From the NCBI RefSeq assembly GCF_004010195.1, contig NC_057711.1, forward strand, positions 77,848,560 to 77,912,559: a stretch of 64,000 bases of DNA. Direction: 5' to 3'. The position numbers and the translations under genes are program-made. Positions within the stretch are counted from its first letter, which is position 1, and each line of letters opens with the position of its first letter. The DNA is from Chiloscyllium plagiosum (taxonomy: Eukaryota). Positions 51,330 to 63,345 of this stretch are shown here, piece by piece. The notes below the pieces were generated by a model. That model saw only the letters and a list, made by a program, of their open reading frames with translations. It did no database searches and was not told the origin of the DNA.

Positions 51330-53190
51330 CTGATAACTTTTGATTATCTTGCCTTCCCTTAAAGTAGGCTAATCTATCTTTGCTTTTAAAACAAAAATAA
51401 ATCAATGACCCCACATTCCCTAGCTTTAGAGACAGACAGTTCTGAAGTCACAGATACCTCTGGGGGAAAAGAAAAATTATCTTCATCTGGAAAGGATAGC
51501 ATCTAAGTTTTAAACTGTGCTCTAGTTCTGAACATCACCACACGAGGAAACATCCTTTCCATCTTAAAACCATACTTCAATCAAGTCACCCCTCATTCTT
51601 AACTTCAATAACTAAACTACAATGAAAATGAGCCAAATCTGTGCAACCTTGTAAGTCAATCTATTGATTCCATCTGGAAATCCATGTCTGAACCTCCTCT
51701 GACACATTTACATTATGACCAAAACTACACGCAGTATCTGCGATGTGGTTTCACCAATGCCTCATATAACTGAAGTATAACTCCTTATCTCCTCTTTACA
51801 ACATACTTTCCAACTCACCCTTGTATCATCTGTGAATTTAACCATTGTGTGTTTGCTCTCCTCATCCATTGTCATTGATGTAAATTGTAAAATGTTTGTG
51901 CTGTAGCACAGACACTGTGAAACTCTACTTGCCATATCCTGCCAATTAAACAAAGGCCCATACTGTTTTCTGTTAACCAGTCAATCCCTACCAGTCAATC
52001 CCTGCTGGTGTATTATTGCCTGCATCATCAGCTTTTATTTCCACAACAAATTCTGATGTGGCACCTTGTCAAATGACTAAGAAATCCAAGTATAATATGT
52101 CCATAGGCTCTCCTTTGTCCACAGTCCTTGGTTAAATGTGATTTTCCTTTTACCAAACAATTCTGACTCTTCCCTGACATCAAGCTAACTGGTCCACAAG
52201 TTCTTGCTTTCTGCCTCCCTCCCTCCTTGAGTGAAGAAGTTATATTTGCTGCTTTTTGGTCTGACGGAATCGTTCCTAAATTTAGGGAATTTTGGAAACT
52301 AATACCAATGCATGTACTACCTCTTAAGCAACATTAGAATAAACTCCACCTGGAACTGAAGAGTTGTCAATTCATATCTCCATAAGTTTGCTTTATGCTA
52401 CTTCTCTATTAAGTGTAATCTCAAGTTTCTGTCTCTTTTCTACCTTCTGATTTACAGCTATTATTAGACTTTTTTTGTATCCTCACTAATAAGGACTTAT
52501 CAAAATATTTGTTAATTTCATCAATCATTTCCTTTATTGTTTAATATTGACTCCTTATTCTGACTCATTGGAGATCCAACACTACGTTTTGGTTTCTTCC
52601 TTAAGTACCAATAGGAACTCTTGCTATCTATATTTACATTTCTAGCTAGCTTCCTGCTATACTCTAATTTCTTTCTCCAAAGAAACCTTTAGTCATTCTC
52701 TGCAATTGTTTATATTCTGACCAATCATTTGACCTGCCATTCATGTTTATTTAGTTATATTTGTTAATTAACTACAGATGGCAGGTCCTCCCTTTGAGAA
52801 TTTTTCTTTTATGTTTTGAAAATGCTTATTGGCAGACATTGGGAATGTTTCAGAATATTCACCGAATCTCTCTCAATCTGTCCCTTATCCAGTATGCCAG
52901 TTCACTTCACTAACTCAGCTTTATATACCCATATAGTTGTCTTAATTAAGTTGAAAATACTACTCTTTGCCAAGTCTTCACACTTTGAAGCTGCATGTAA
53001 AAATGCACTATATTGTGGTAGCTACTACCTCAAGGTACCTTTACTCTGAGCTAATTAATTAAGTCTGTCACTTTACGCAATACCAAGGCCTATAACCCGT
53101 TCTCCAGTTGGTCCAAGCATTCTACTTCCAAAAGTATTTTTTTGGTCTCTTCATCCAGCTATAACTGTCAATCTGATTTTTCTAAATTAT
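51330..53190 (-). mobile_element. Old degraded CR1-type LINE
   Basis: Minus-strand MVKFTDDTRV remnant and CR1 3' motifs. Confidence 0.6.
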
Positions 53191-53280
53191 GTAGATTAGG
53201 CTGGGAGCAGTGTACAAGTCAGCAGCACTGTTAAGCAGATTGGGAGGACTATGCAGTGAGTCAGCAACACTGTGAAGCAT

Positions 53281-53410
53281 GGAGACAGTGAGGTATGCAG
53301 ATGCTGGAGATCAGAGTTGAGTGTATGTTGCTAGAAAAGACCCGAAACGTCAATTTTCCCTCTCCTCGGATGCTACCCTGACCTGCTGTGCTTTTCCAAC
53401 AACACACACT
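53281..53410. mobile_element. PLE-derived fold-back mini-element
   Basis: Perfect 16-bp TSD caacactgtgaagcat (53265-53280, 53411-53426). Orientation switches at about 53340 into cccgaaacgtc, the hammerhead 3' half. Confidence 0.88.
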
Positions 53411-55875
53411 CAACACTGTGAAGCATACTGAGCCAAATGAGGAGGAGCCTGTGCTTCCAAAACAGCAAGAGGAAGAGTAGGACAGTAGCTTCAAGAGCAG
53501 CAGAAAGAAGAACCAATCTATGTGAGAAGGAAGTAACTGTAGGAAAGAAAAACTGGCAGCAGACTCCCTTCAACTTGTTACTTTCTGTAAGACCCAATGT
53601 GTGACATCACAGGAAACCAGGTTGGAGATTGGTGGGAATTTTTTCAGTCTTTTAATTACCCAATTGGTTTAAATCAGGAGACTTAGGACAGCTGATGAGT
53701 ACAGATAAGAAATTATTTAACATCTAAATTAATTAATTGAATGGAATACAGTTAGCTGGGCAGGCAAAGTGCTGTAGCTATAGTATGTGCATGTTGTTGT
53801 GCATGAGTACAATCCATCATGACCACATCCAGCTGCTCAAGACATTTTGGCTGGAGTAAGCTGGAGTTTGAGCTGTAGATGGTGTAAAACATCAAGGGGC
53901 GGAGGAGGACAGGTACCTGAACAATGACTCTCTCCTGAAACACGCACTTAGAAATTATTATATCAAATTTAGTTTGTGGTTCAGTTTGTGTGCAAATAAA
54001 GCAGATCCAGAATTTAGTTCTAGAGGAGACTCTGCCCTTTTCCAAAAGGTATGAGTTTCTTGTTCCCAGTGTGGATGCGAACTGTCGTCCAAAGTGCAAT
54101 TTAATTGGAGTGAGAAAAGAGAAATGTAGGAGGAAATGGATAGCATGGATAGGGAAATAGATATTGTTCTCTGCAGAAAAGACAGAGTCCAGAAGGATGT
54201 GTTGCCTACCTGGTGCCATGATTTAGCACATCTCTTTTGGGCTGGAGAAGAACCTAGAGTGGGAGGGGAAAGATCCAGTTGAAGTGATCCACACATGATG
54301 TAGGTAGGATTCTGCTGAGGGATTAGAAGCAACTTGGGGATAAACTGCAAAGCAGAACAATAAGGGTGGTAATCTCCAGATTTCTATCTGAGCCATGTGT
54401 AAATTGGTGTAGCATAAATAAAGTTAGAAAGGTAAGTGCTTGGCTGAAATGTTAGTGTGAGAGAAATGGCTTCCAATTCTTGGAGGACCAGTACTGGAGA
54501 AAGGGAGCAATTTGATTGGGATGGACTTCATCTGAGCCATGCTGGGATGAGTGTGCTGGTGAATTACATAGTGAGGGTTGTAGATTTAAACAAATTATTG
54601 GTTCAATTAAAGGGAAGCTTTTAAAAAAAAACAAAAAGAAACAGGTGTGGCATTACCATGTAGTGAAGAGGCAAATGATGATCAAATTGGAACAAAAAGG
54701 GGTAGAAAATGTGTGCACAATTGCAGCAGAAATAAGACCCAGAGAGAGAGAGAGCAGCAATATCAAAGCTGAATGTTTGTTATCTGAATTCACATCATGT
54801 TAGTTGAGTTGGCAGCACAAGTAGAATTTATGGAAGTTGATTTGATATTTTCTTATAAGGACATGCCTACAGTCTGACCTAAACTTGCAACTCTATTCAA
54901 GTGTACTCCGTGTTCCAGAAGAATAGGCAAAAAGACAAGGAGATGGAGTAGCCTTGTTAATGAAGAAGGGTATCAGCAGTGATATAAGTGCAATAGGAAA
55001 GGCAATGGCCTAGTGGTATTATCATTGGACTGTTAATCCAGAGACCCAGATAGTGTTTTAGGGAACCAGGTTTGAATCCCACCAAAGCAGATAGTGGAAT
55101 TTGAATTCAGTAAAAATTTGAAATTGAGAGTCTAATGGTAACCATGAATCCATTATTGATTGTCAGAAAAATCCATCTGCTTAACTAATACCCTTTTAAG
55201 GAAGGAAACCGCCATCCTTACCTGGTCTAGCCTATATGTGCCTCCAGATCCACAGCAATGTAGTTGACTCTTAAATGCTCTCTGGATAATTAGGGATGGG
55301 CAATAAATGCTGGCCTAGTCAACAACGCCCACATCCCGTGAATGAATTAAAAAAAAACATTATGATGTGGAATCCATTTGGGTTGAAATAAGAAATAGCA
55401 AGGGAAATAAGTCATGGAAGGGACTCCTAGATGTTACTGAAGAGTTGCCTCACTGTTGAGCAAAGTATATATTGGCTGATAATAGAGATATGTAAGAAGG
55501 GCTTTACAATTATCATCGATGATTTTAAGCTGCACATTGACTTGATAAGAGTGACATGGAAGGTGAATTTCTAATGTATGTCAGGGATTGTAACTTCGAG
55601 TAATTTCATAATGCTCAGCGTTGACAATACCAGCCAAGAGTCACTCTGTGAGAAGGATGAAGCATCTGTGATTAACAGACGCAGTCAAGTATCCAATCAA
55701 AAACTGTGGCATATAAGGTGGCAAAAAGTGCTACACCACAGGGTTTTTTTAAGGAATGACTGAAAAGCTAATAAAAAGGAAGAAAATGGATTATAAAACT
55801 AAATTGGCAAGAAATATAAAAATAAACAACAACAGCTTCTATAAATATGTAACAGTAGAGTAACTAAAGTAGATG

Positions 55876-55985
55876 CCCGAGCCCTTCATCAGGAATGCTC
55901 CTCGGATGCAGCCTGACCTGCTGTGTGTTTGCCAGCAACACACACTCAATTCAGATCTTCAGCATCTGCAGACCTCAGTGTCTCC
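55876..55985. mobile_element. PLE-derived mini-insert with short inverted hammerhead fragment
   Basis: TSD taactaaagtagatg / tagctaaagtagatg (55861-55875, 55986-56000). The reverse complement of gcccttcatcaggaat is the hammerhead 5' half. Confidence 0.82.
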
Positions 55986-56334
55986 TAGCTAAAGTAGATG
56001 TTGAAACCCTTAGAGGTACAACTGAGGAGTTACAAATGGGGAACAGGGAAATGACAGATAATTTAACCCAATGTTTTGCTTTGACCTTCACAGTGGACGA
56101 TTCTACAACATCCAAAAGACAGTAGATAAGCAAGGTGCTAATGGAATAAAGGATCTTAAATGTGAAATGACACTCTTTAGAAGGAAAAACAAAACGATTG
56201 TAATCTGAATGACAGGACACTAGAAAGCTCAGAAAAACACAGGGATCTTTAGGTGCTTGTCCCTCGATCCCTGAAGGTGACAGGAGAGTTTTATAGAACA
56301 CTTGAGAAGAAGAAGGGATGCTTTCCTTTATCAG

Positions 56335-56477
56335 AGTCAAAAAGTGTTGTGCTGGAAAAGCACAGCCAGTCAGGCAGCATCTGAGGAGCAGGCGAGTCAA
56401 TGTTTCGAGCATAAGCTGTTCCAGCACCACAGTTTTCAATTCTAATCTCCAGCATCTGTAGTCCTCACTTTCTCCTA
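56335..56477. mobile_element. PLE-derived fold-back mini-element
   Basis: TSD gctttcctttatcag / gcttcactttatcag (56320-56334, 56478-56492). Orientation switches at about 56415. Confidence 0.8.
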
Positions 56478-57011
56478 GCTTCACTTTATCAGTCAAGACA
56501 TAGATTATAAGAGCATGCAAGTTATATTAAGGCCTGTAATGTCATAGCCTGTAAAAAGTACTTGGATGAACACTTGAAATGTCATTAGCATTCAAGGCTA
56601 TGGGCTAGTGCCGAAGTGAGACTAGTGTAGGCTTTGAAGTAGATTCTGAATCACAATCATGAGGGACAAAGTATTTGACAAATCAGCATGACTGAAGGCA
56701 ATCATCAGGACCTGATGGCCTGCATCAAAGTGTTTTAAAGGAAGTGTCGATAGAGATAGTGGAGACATTGGTCATCATATTCCAGAATTCACTGGATTCT
56801 GAGAGGTTTCCCTCAGATTGGAAAACTGCTAATATGATGTCGTTTTTCAAGAAGGGGGAGACAGAAAGAAGGAAACCATAGGCCAGTTAGCCTCACATCT
56901 GTCATTGGAAAAATGTTAGAGCAAATTTTTAAAGGTAGAACATTTGTATATTTGAATTTTCAGAAGGCGTATATGAAGTTGCCACACAATTGCACAAGAT
57001 AGTAAATCACA

Positions 57012-57389
57012 ATTAGCGGGTTTTGAGAAGATTTGTAGCTCAGGTTGAGGTTGTGAATGCAGATTTGCTCGCTGAGCTGGAAGGTTCATTTCCACATGTT
57101 TCGTCACCATACTAGGTAACATCTTCAGTGGGCGTCCAGGCGAAGCACTGCTGATAATTCCTGCTTTCTATTTATATGTTTTGGTTTTTTTGGGTTGATG
57201 ATATCATTTCCTGTGGTGATATCATTTCCTGTTCTTTTTCTCAGGGGTGGTAGATGGGGTCTAACTCGATGTGTTTGTTGATAGAGTTCCAGTTGGAATG
57301 CCATGCTTCGAGGAATTCTCCCAAACATATAAATAGAAAGCAGGAATGATCAGCAGTGCTTCACCCAGAGGCCCGCTGAAGATGTTACC
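57012..57389 (-). mobile_element. PLE 3' end with inverted partial pLTR, inserted in CR1 RT
   Basis: TSD tagtaaatcaca (57000-57011, 57390-57401). Minus-strand EFLEAWHSNWNSINKHIELDPIYHPL. Hammerhead-like cca-CTGAAGA-t-GTTACC-tagtat-GGTGAC-GAA-ACAT at 57092-57131 (-). 57321-57394 is an inverted copy of about 57110-57185. Confidence 0.88.
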
Positions 57390-58509
57390 TAGTAAATCAC
57401 AGTATTATGAGTAATGTATTAGCATGGATTGAAGATTGATTAACATAAGTGACAGAGTCAAGATTAATGGATCCTTTTTCAGATTGGAAAGATGTAATCT
57501 GTGGAGTTCCACAAGGATTAGTCATGGGTCCTCAATCATTTGGTATCAATATTAATGATTTAGAAGAGGGAGCAGAGTATACTATATTTAAATTTGCTGA
57601 CTATCCAGAAATAGATATGAGGTTTTGTGATGAGGATATAGGAATCCGGATAGAATGAGTGGGTAAAAACCTGGCAAGTGGGAGTTTTATGTCTGAAAGT
57701 GTGAGGTCATGCACTTCTTGCTAGGAAGAATCAAAAGGCCGGCAATTATCAAAATGGCAAAAGACTCCAAAAAGGTGTAGCACAAAGGAGTATTGCAGTA
57801 CATGGAACACAAACTTAGCATGAGGGTGCCTCAAATAAATAAGGCAGCAAATTAATTTTGACCTTTATTGTTAGGATGCTGGAGATTAAAAACAGGATGA
57901 CTTGTTCCACTGTATAGGATGTTGGTGAGGCCACACCTGGAGTACTGGATTCAATTTTGTTTTCCATATATAAAAAGTGATGAAGTGGCATTGGAGATTT
58001 TTAAAAAGAGATATATTGATTAATTGTTAGGAGGAAGTGTTTGACTTATCAAGAATGGCTAAACAGGTTAGGCCTTTTTTTTGTTAGGCTTTTGTTTATT
58101 AGAGTTCAGAAGAATGAGAGGTGATCTTATTGAAATACAAGCAATTCTGAAGGGTTTGTCAGTGCAAATGTTGAGAAACTATTTCCACAAGTGGGGAAAT
58201 CTCAAACTAAGAGGCATAGTTATTGAGTAAGGAAACACTCCTTTAAAACTGAGAAGTGATGGGTTTTTTTTGTCTCAGAGGGTAATGAATGTCTGAAAAT
58301 CTCTACTCCATAATGTAGCAGAGGCTGAATTGCTGGAAGTATTTAAAGAGGAGGTAGATAGATAGATTTTTGGAACTTTAGAAATTTGAGGACTACACTG
58401 GCCAGACATGAAAGAGGAGGTGAAGCCTGGGATAGATCTGCTATGATGTTGAATATTGGGGGCAAGTTGAGGGGTCAATTTGCCTGATGCTACCTATTTC
58501 TTAAGTTCT

Positions 58510-59660
58510 TTTATTCTTAAAGTCAGTCATGATTACAACTGTCCCTTTCATCATCACCACTCAATAGTTCTTGTATTATTTGTCCTGCGTTATGGTTACT
58601 GTTAGTGGCCTGTAGATCATTCACAATTGTGACTTCTTTCCTGTATTATTCTTCTTCTCCACCCAAACTGACTCAATCATGGTTAAAGAGATCAGAATGT
58701 AATCTCTAACTATTGCAGAAATACTATCCTTAATTAATAACACTCCATCTTTACCCAGCTTTCTCGTCCTCTTCAGTATCATGTTCCCCTCAGTATTCAT
58801 GACCCAATCCTTGTTATCCTGTAGTCATGTTTCTGAAATGGCTATCAGATCAGATTTATGTACTGTGTACTATCAATTCATTTACTTTGTTATGAACATA
58901 TTGTGCATTCAGATGCAGAGCCTTTAGATTTGCCTTTATCCAGATTGTAACACCTAGTCTTGATTTTTGGTACAATCTTTTTTTAAAAAATCCTACTTAC
59001 CTAATTATGCATTTCGTAAGAACATTGGTCCCACATGGCTTAGGCATATGTCGTCCCAATGGTATAGGCTCCAATTTCCCCAGGACTGATGCCAGTATCC
59101 CATGCAAAGGAAGCTACTTCTCCACACCAGTCTAAGAGACTGCATCATCTCAGTAATTTATTTACCCTGTGCCATATAGTGTAGGTAAGAATCCAGAGAT
59201 TGTAACTCAGTGCTTCATACTCTATATGCTTTCCCAATTCCGCCTATATCATTGATGCCTATATAAACCGTGGCGTCTGTTTCCTCCCCATCCCTCTCAA
59301 GTTCCCCTCTAGCTCTCAGCAGATTTCCCGAACTCTGGCATGCAACACGACTGGCTAGGCTATTGCTCTTTCCTGCAGAGACCCATGCCAATCCCCCTCA
59401 CTATACTACCCCTACTGTCACCATATTCCTTGTTGTTACTGTACTTGAATGGCTTCCTGTACCATGGTAAGTTTGCTAATCCACCCTGTGCTACTGCTGT
59501 GCCACTCAGTCAAGCTGAGGAAATATCAGACCTGTTGGAGTCAAAGCTCCTCAAGTTCTAAACACTTGCTGTACATGTGTTTGCCCTGGGTCATTATGCT
59601 ATCCAGGAGCTTTCCATATGTTGTAACTTTGACATATTATCTGTCCTGCCATCATTTTTG
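58510..59660 (-). mobile_element. Old CR1 5' region (endonuclease/ORF1 remnants)
   Basis: Resembles the minus-strand CR1 ORF1/endonuclease relics at about 6400-7250 and 9230-9510. Confidence 0.45.
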
Positions 59661-61039
59661 AATTTTAATTAATTGCTTGATTATATTATTCACTTATGTA
59701 TTGTCATCTATTATTAACTTCACCACCAATTTGTATGCTATTCTAAACATTTAGAATATAATAGATGTAAACTACTAAGAGAGTGACCAAAAACAACTAT
59801 CCTTTTCCCCTGTTACAGAGTAAGAACCAATTCGCCTGGGGCGAGAAGGGTAGAAAAGCAAATCAGAACAAGTACCATCTTTCCATTAAACTCTCCCACT
59901 TGCCAGACTTGCACATTTGCACACAGTTTCCTGAGCAACAATCGTCATGGCAGGTGACTGCCAGGGTTGGAGGAGGCATGTCAAGGGCATCCTCAAAGCC
60001 TCCTTAAACAGTAATATTCCTATCAACTAGAAACTAAACTTTCATACAAAACTTGTTTGCATTTTAAGTACTTTTCTCTTCCAACTCTCTGCTCTATTCC
60101 TCTACTTATTTAACTTCTAAAGGGGAGTTGATGGTCTAGTGATATTATTACTGGACTGTTAATCCAGAGACCCAGTAATTTTTTGGGGATGTTGGTGCAA
60201 ATCCTGCCATGACAGATGGTGGAATTTGAATTCAATAAAAATCTGGAATTAAGAGTCTAATGATGCCATGCAAACACTGTCACTAGTTGGAAAACTTATC
60301 TGGTTCACTTATGACCTTTAGGGAAGAAAACTGCCATCTTTATCTGTTCTGGCCTATATGTGACTCCAGACCCACAGCAATGTTGTTGGCACTTAACTGT
60401 GTAATTAGGGATGGACAGTAGATGCTGGCTGATTCAGTGATGCCCTCATCCTGTGAATGAATGCAACAAACTAGTCCATTTCTTTATAGTGAATTTATAT
60501 TTTCCTGAATGTTTGCATTCCTTTCCAGCTTTAAATATTCAGAAGACATAGATACGTTAGTCTGTTTCTGTCTAAGTCATCAATATAGTTTATAAATTGC
60601 TGAGACCCCAGAAGATGATGTGCCACTCCGTCAGCAACAAACTGCCAACTTCAAAAAAAATTTCACTATTTAGTTTAAAGGTCTAGTTATATGGATTACC
60701 AAAGTCTTTTGCTGATGTGCTCGTCTTTAAACCTTGAAGCGGTCTGCGACTTGGTAGATATATTCTGGTCAAGAGTTCTCTCCTCGCTTTCGCTCTGTCA
60801 CTCACCTGCCCCTGCGCTCGCCCTCACCTCACCCCTCCCCCGCCTACCTTCTGTCATTATGCCATGTACTGCAGTAGTCCATTAATGGTGTTATCATAGC
60901 TATATCTAATGGTTGTCGGCAGCTTGTTTGTTCAAACATTGCATGGAGTTCAGACTAGGACTCAACATTGTGGTAGTTCAGTGGCAAGTCTTTTCCTTCC
61001 ATTTGATCTCCTTTTCTTGTGATGGACTGTAAATCATCT

Positions 61040-63345
61040 GGGAGTTGTAAAGGAGATTTTTGCCTTCATTCATGGATTGTGGCCATTACTGGCTGGGCCA
61101 ACATTTTATTGCCCATTACTGGTTTTCCTTGTGAAGGTGGTGTTGAGCTGCTGCAATCCATTTTCAGTAGGTAGACCCACAATGTAGTGAGGTAGGAACT
61201 TCCAGTAATTTGAGCCAGTGACTCCCACTCAGAAGATGGTGATAAATTTCCAACTCTGGACAGTGAGGAGTTTGGAAGGGAATTTCTAAGTGGTTCCCAT
61301 GTATCTGTTGCCCTTGTCCTTCTAGATGGAAGTGTTCATGGGTTTGGAAGGTGCTGTCTAAGTAGCCTTGGTGAATTTCTGAAATGCATCTTGTAGATAG
61401 TACAGACTGCTGCTGTTCAGCATCGGTGATGAAGGGAGTGGATGCTTATGGATGTGGCGCTAATCAAGTGGGCTGCCTTATTCTCAGTGATGTTGTTGGG
61501 GCCACATTCATTCAGGTAAGTGTGGAGTATTTCTTCACACTGCTGAGTTATGCCTTATAGATGGCACACAGGCATTGGGGAATGAGTTATTCTCTGCCTT
61601 ATTTCAAACCTTTAACTTACTTTAGTAACAACAGAATTTCCATGATTAGTACCGATCAGTTTCTGGTCAATAGTTAACTACCAGGATTTCAAAGTTTGTG
61701 CGAAGATTTGTAGCTCGGGTGCTCATTGTTGTGGTTCTGTTTGCCGAGCTGGGAATTTGTGTTGCAGGCTTTTCGTCCCCTGTCTAGGTGACATCCTCAG
61801 TGCTTGGGAGCCTCCTGTGAAGCGCTTCTGTGATCTTTCCTCCAGCAAACCACTATAAATGCCGGAGGAAAGATCACAGAAGCACTTCACAGGAGGCTCC
61901 CAAGCACTGATAGACAGGGGACGAAATGTCTGCAACACAAATTCCCAGCTCGGCGAACAGAACCACAACAACTACCAGGATGTTGATTGAGGAGGATTCA
62001 ATGGTGATGATGCCATTGAATGTCAAGGGACATGGTCATTGCCTAGCACTTGTGTGCTGCAGTTATTACATGCCATTTTTCAGCCTAAAACAGGATATTA
62101 TCCATGCCTTGCTGAGTGTGGGTACAGACCGCCTCAGTAATTTGAGGAGTTGTGAATGGTGCAGTCATCTGCGAACGTCCTCATTTCTAACCTTACAATA
62201 GAGTGAGAGTCATTGAAGCAGCTGAAGATACTTGGATTACAAGCACTACTCTGAGGAACATCTGCAGAGCTTTCCCAAAGCTGGGATGACTAATGTTCTT
62301 TGGGGAAGGAAATTGTCATCCTCATCTGATCTGGCTTACATATGACTCCAGAGCCACAGCAATATGGGTGACTCAAAACTGTCCTCTGAAATGGCTGAGC
62401 AACCCATTCTGCTGTAGCAGTCATTAAAAGTCTCAACAAAGATTTTAAATCAGATGCACCAATTGGCATCGACCCAAGCACCTAAGATGACAATGGCAAC
62501 AACAACCCTAGTGACCCTGCAAAATTTTCCTTACTAAAATTGGGAGAACTATTTCTCAGACTAATCAAGCAACAGGTGTACAGTCTGGAGGGAGTTGCCC
62601 TAGAGTCTTCAATATGGACTCCAGATCCCATGAAGTCTCAAGGCAAGAAGTTAAACATGAGCAAGGAAACCTTCTGCTGATTTATTGTGTACCGTCCTCC
62701 ATTAGCTAATCAGTACTCCTCCATTTTGAGCAACACTTGGAGGAGGCACTAAGGATGGCAAAGGTGCAAAATTTACTCTGGATGGGAGATTTCACTACTG
62801 TTTGAGTTGCTCAAGTCCTAAAGAACATAGCTGCTAGACCGATTCTACGGCAGGTGGTAAGGGAACCGATAAGAAGATAAAACATACTTGAACTTATCCT
62901 CGTGAATCTGCTTGCTGCAAATGCATCTGTCCATGACTCTATTGGTCAGAGTAACCACTGCACATTGTCAATACCTTCCATTGTGTTGTATGGCACTATC
63001 ACCGTGCTAAATGAACAGATGTTGAACAGATCTAACAGCGCAAGTCTGGGATTCCATGAGGTGCTGTTGACCATCAACAGCAGCAGAAATATACTCCAAA
63101 ACAATCTGCAACTTTATGTCCCAGCCTATCCCCTTCATACTTATCTGGTGAAGCTATCGAAACAGTGCTATTTGCATGCCACGCAGCAGGTGATAGACTG
63201 AGTTAAGCAATCCCACAACCAATGGAAGAATCTAAGCTCTGTAGTCCTGCCTGATTCACTCATCAATGTAAGTAGGTAATCAAATAACTGACTGGAGGAG
63301 GTGGCTTCACAAATGTCTCCATTCTCAATGATGGAAGAGTACAAA
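61040..63345. mobile_element. Degraded LINE fragments (minus-strand 3' part to about 62290; plus-strand APE endonuclease part about 62300-63345)
   Basis: Plus-strand EQHLEEALRMAKVQNLLWMGDF...LRQVVREPIRR*NILELIL is AP-endonuclease-like. Related pieces lie at about 2280-2850 and 49800-50240. Confidence 0.6.
61688..61969. mobile_element. PLE-derived fold-back element (family of 12643-15097) with two mutated hammerhead copies
   Basis: TSD aactaccaggat (61676-61687, 61970-61981). About 110-bp inverted arms at 61726-61846 and 61861-61971. The reverse complement of 61764-61803 is gca-CTGAGGA-tgtcacctagacaggggac-GAAA-agcc-tgc. Confidence 0.9.

Larger units (their letters stand above)
53740..58500 (+). 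mobile_element. Old CR1-type LINE, heavily interrupted
   Basis: ORF1-like remnants at about 53750-54550. SDWKDVICGVPQGLVMGPQSFGININDLEEGAEYTIFKFAD (RT) at 57449-57658. CR1 3' end near 58480. Confidence 0.72.

Noticed and set aside
3421..61803. Strand bias of hammerhead motifs relative to VPS13A transcription
   Set aside because: Both orientations occur and the numbers are too small to claim selection.
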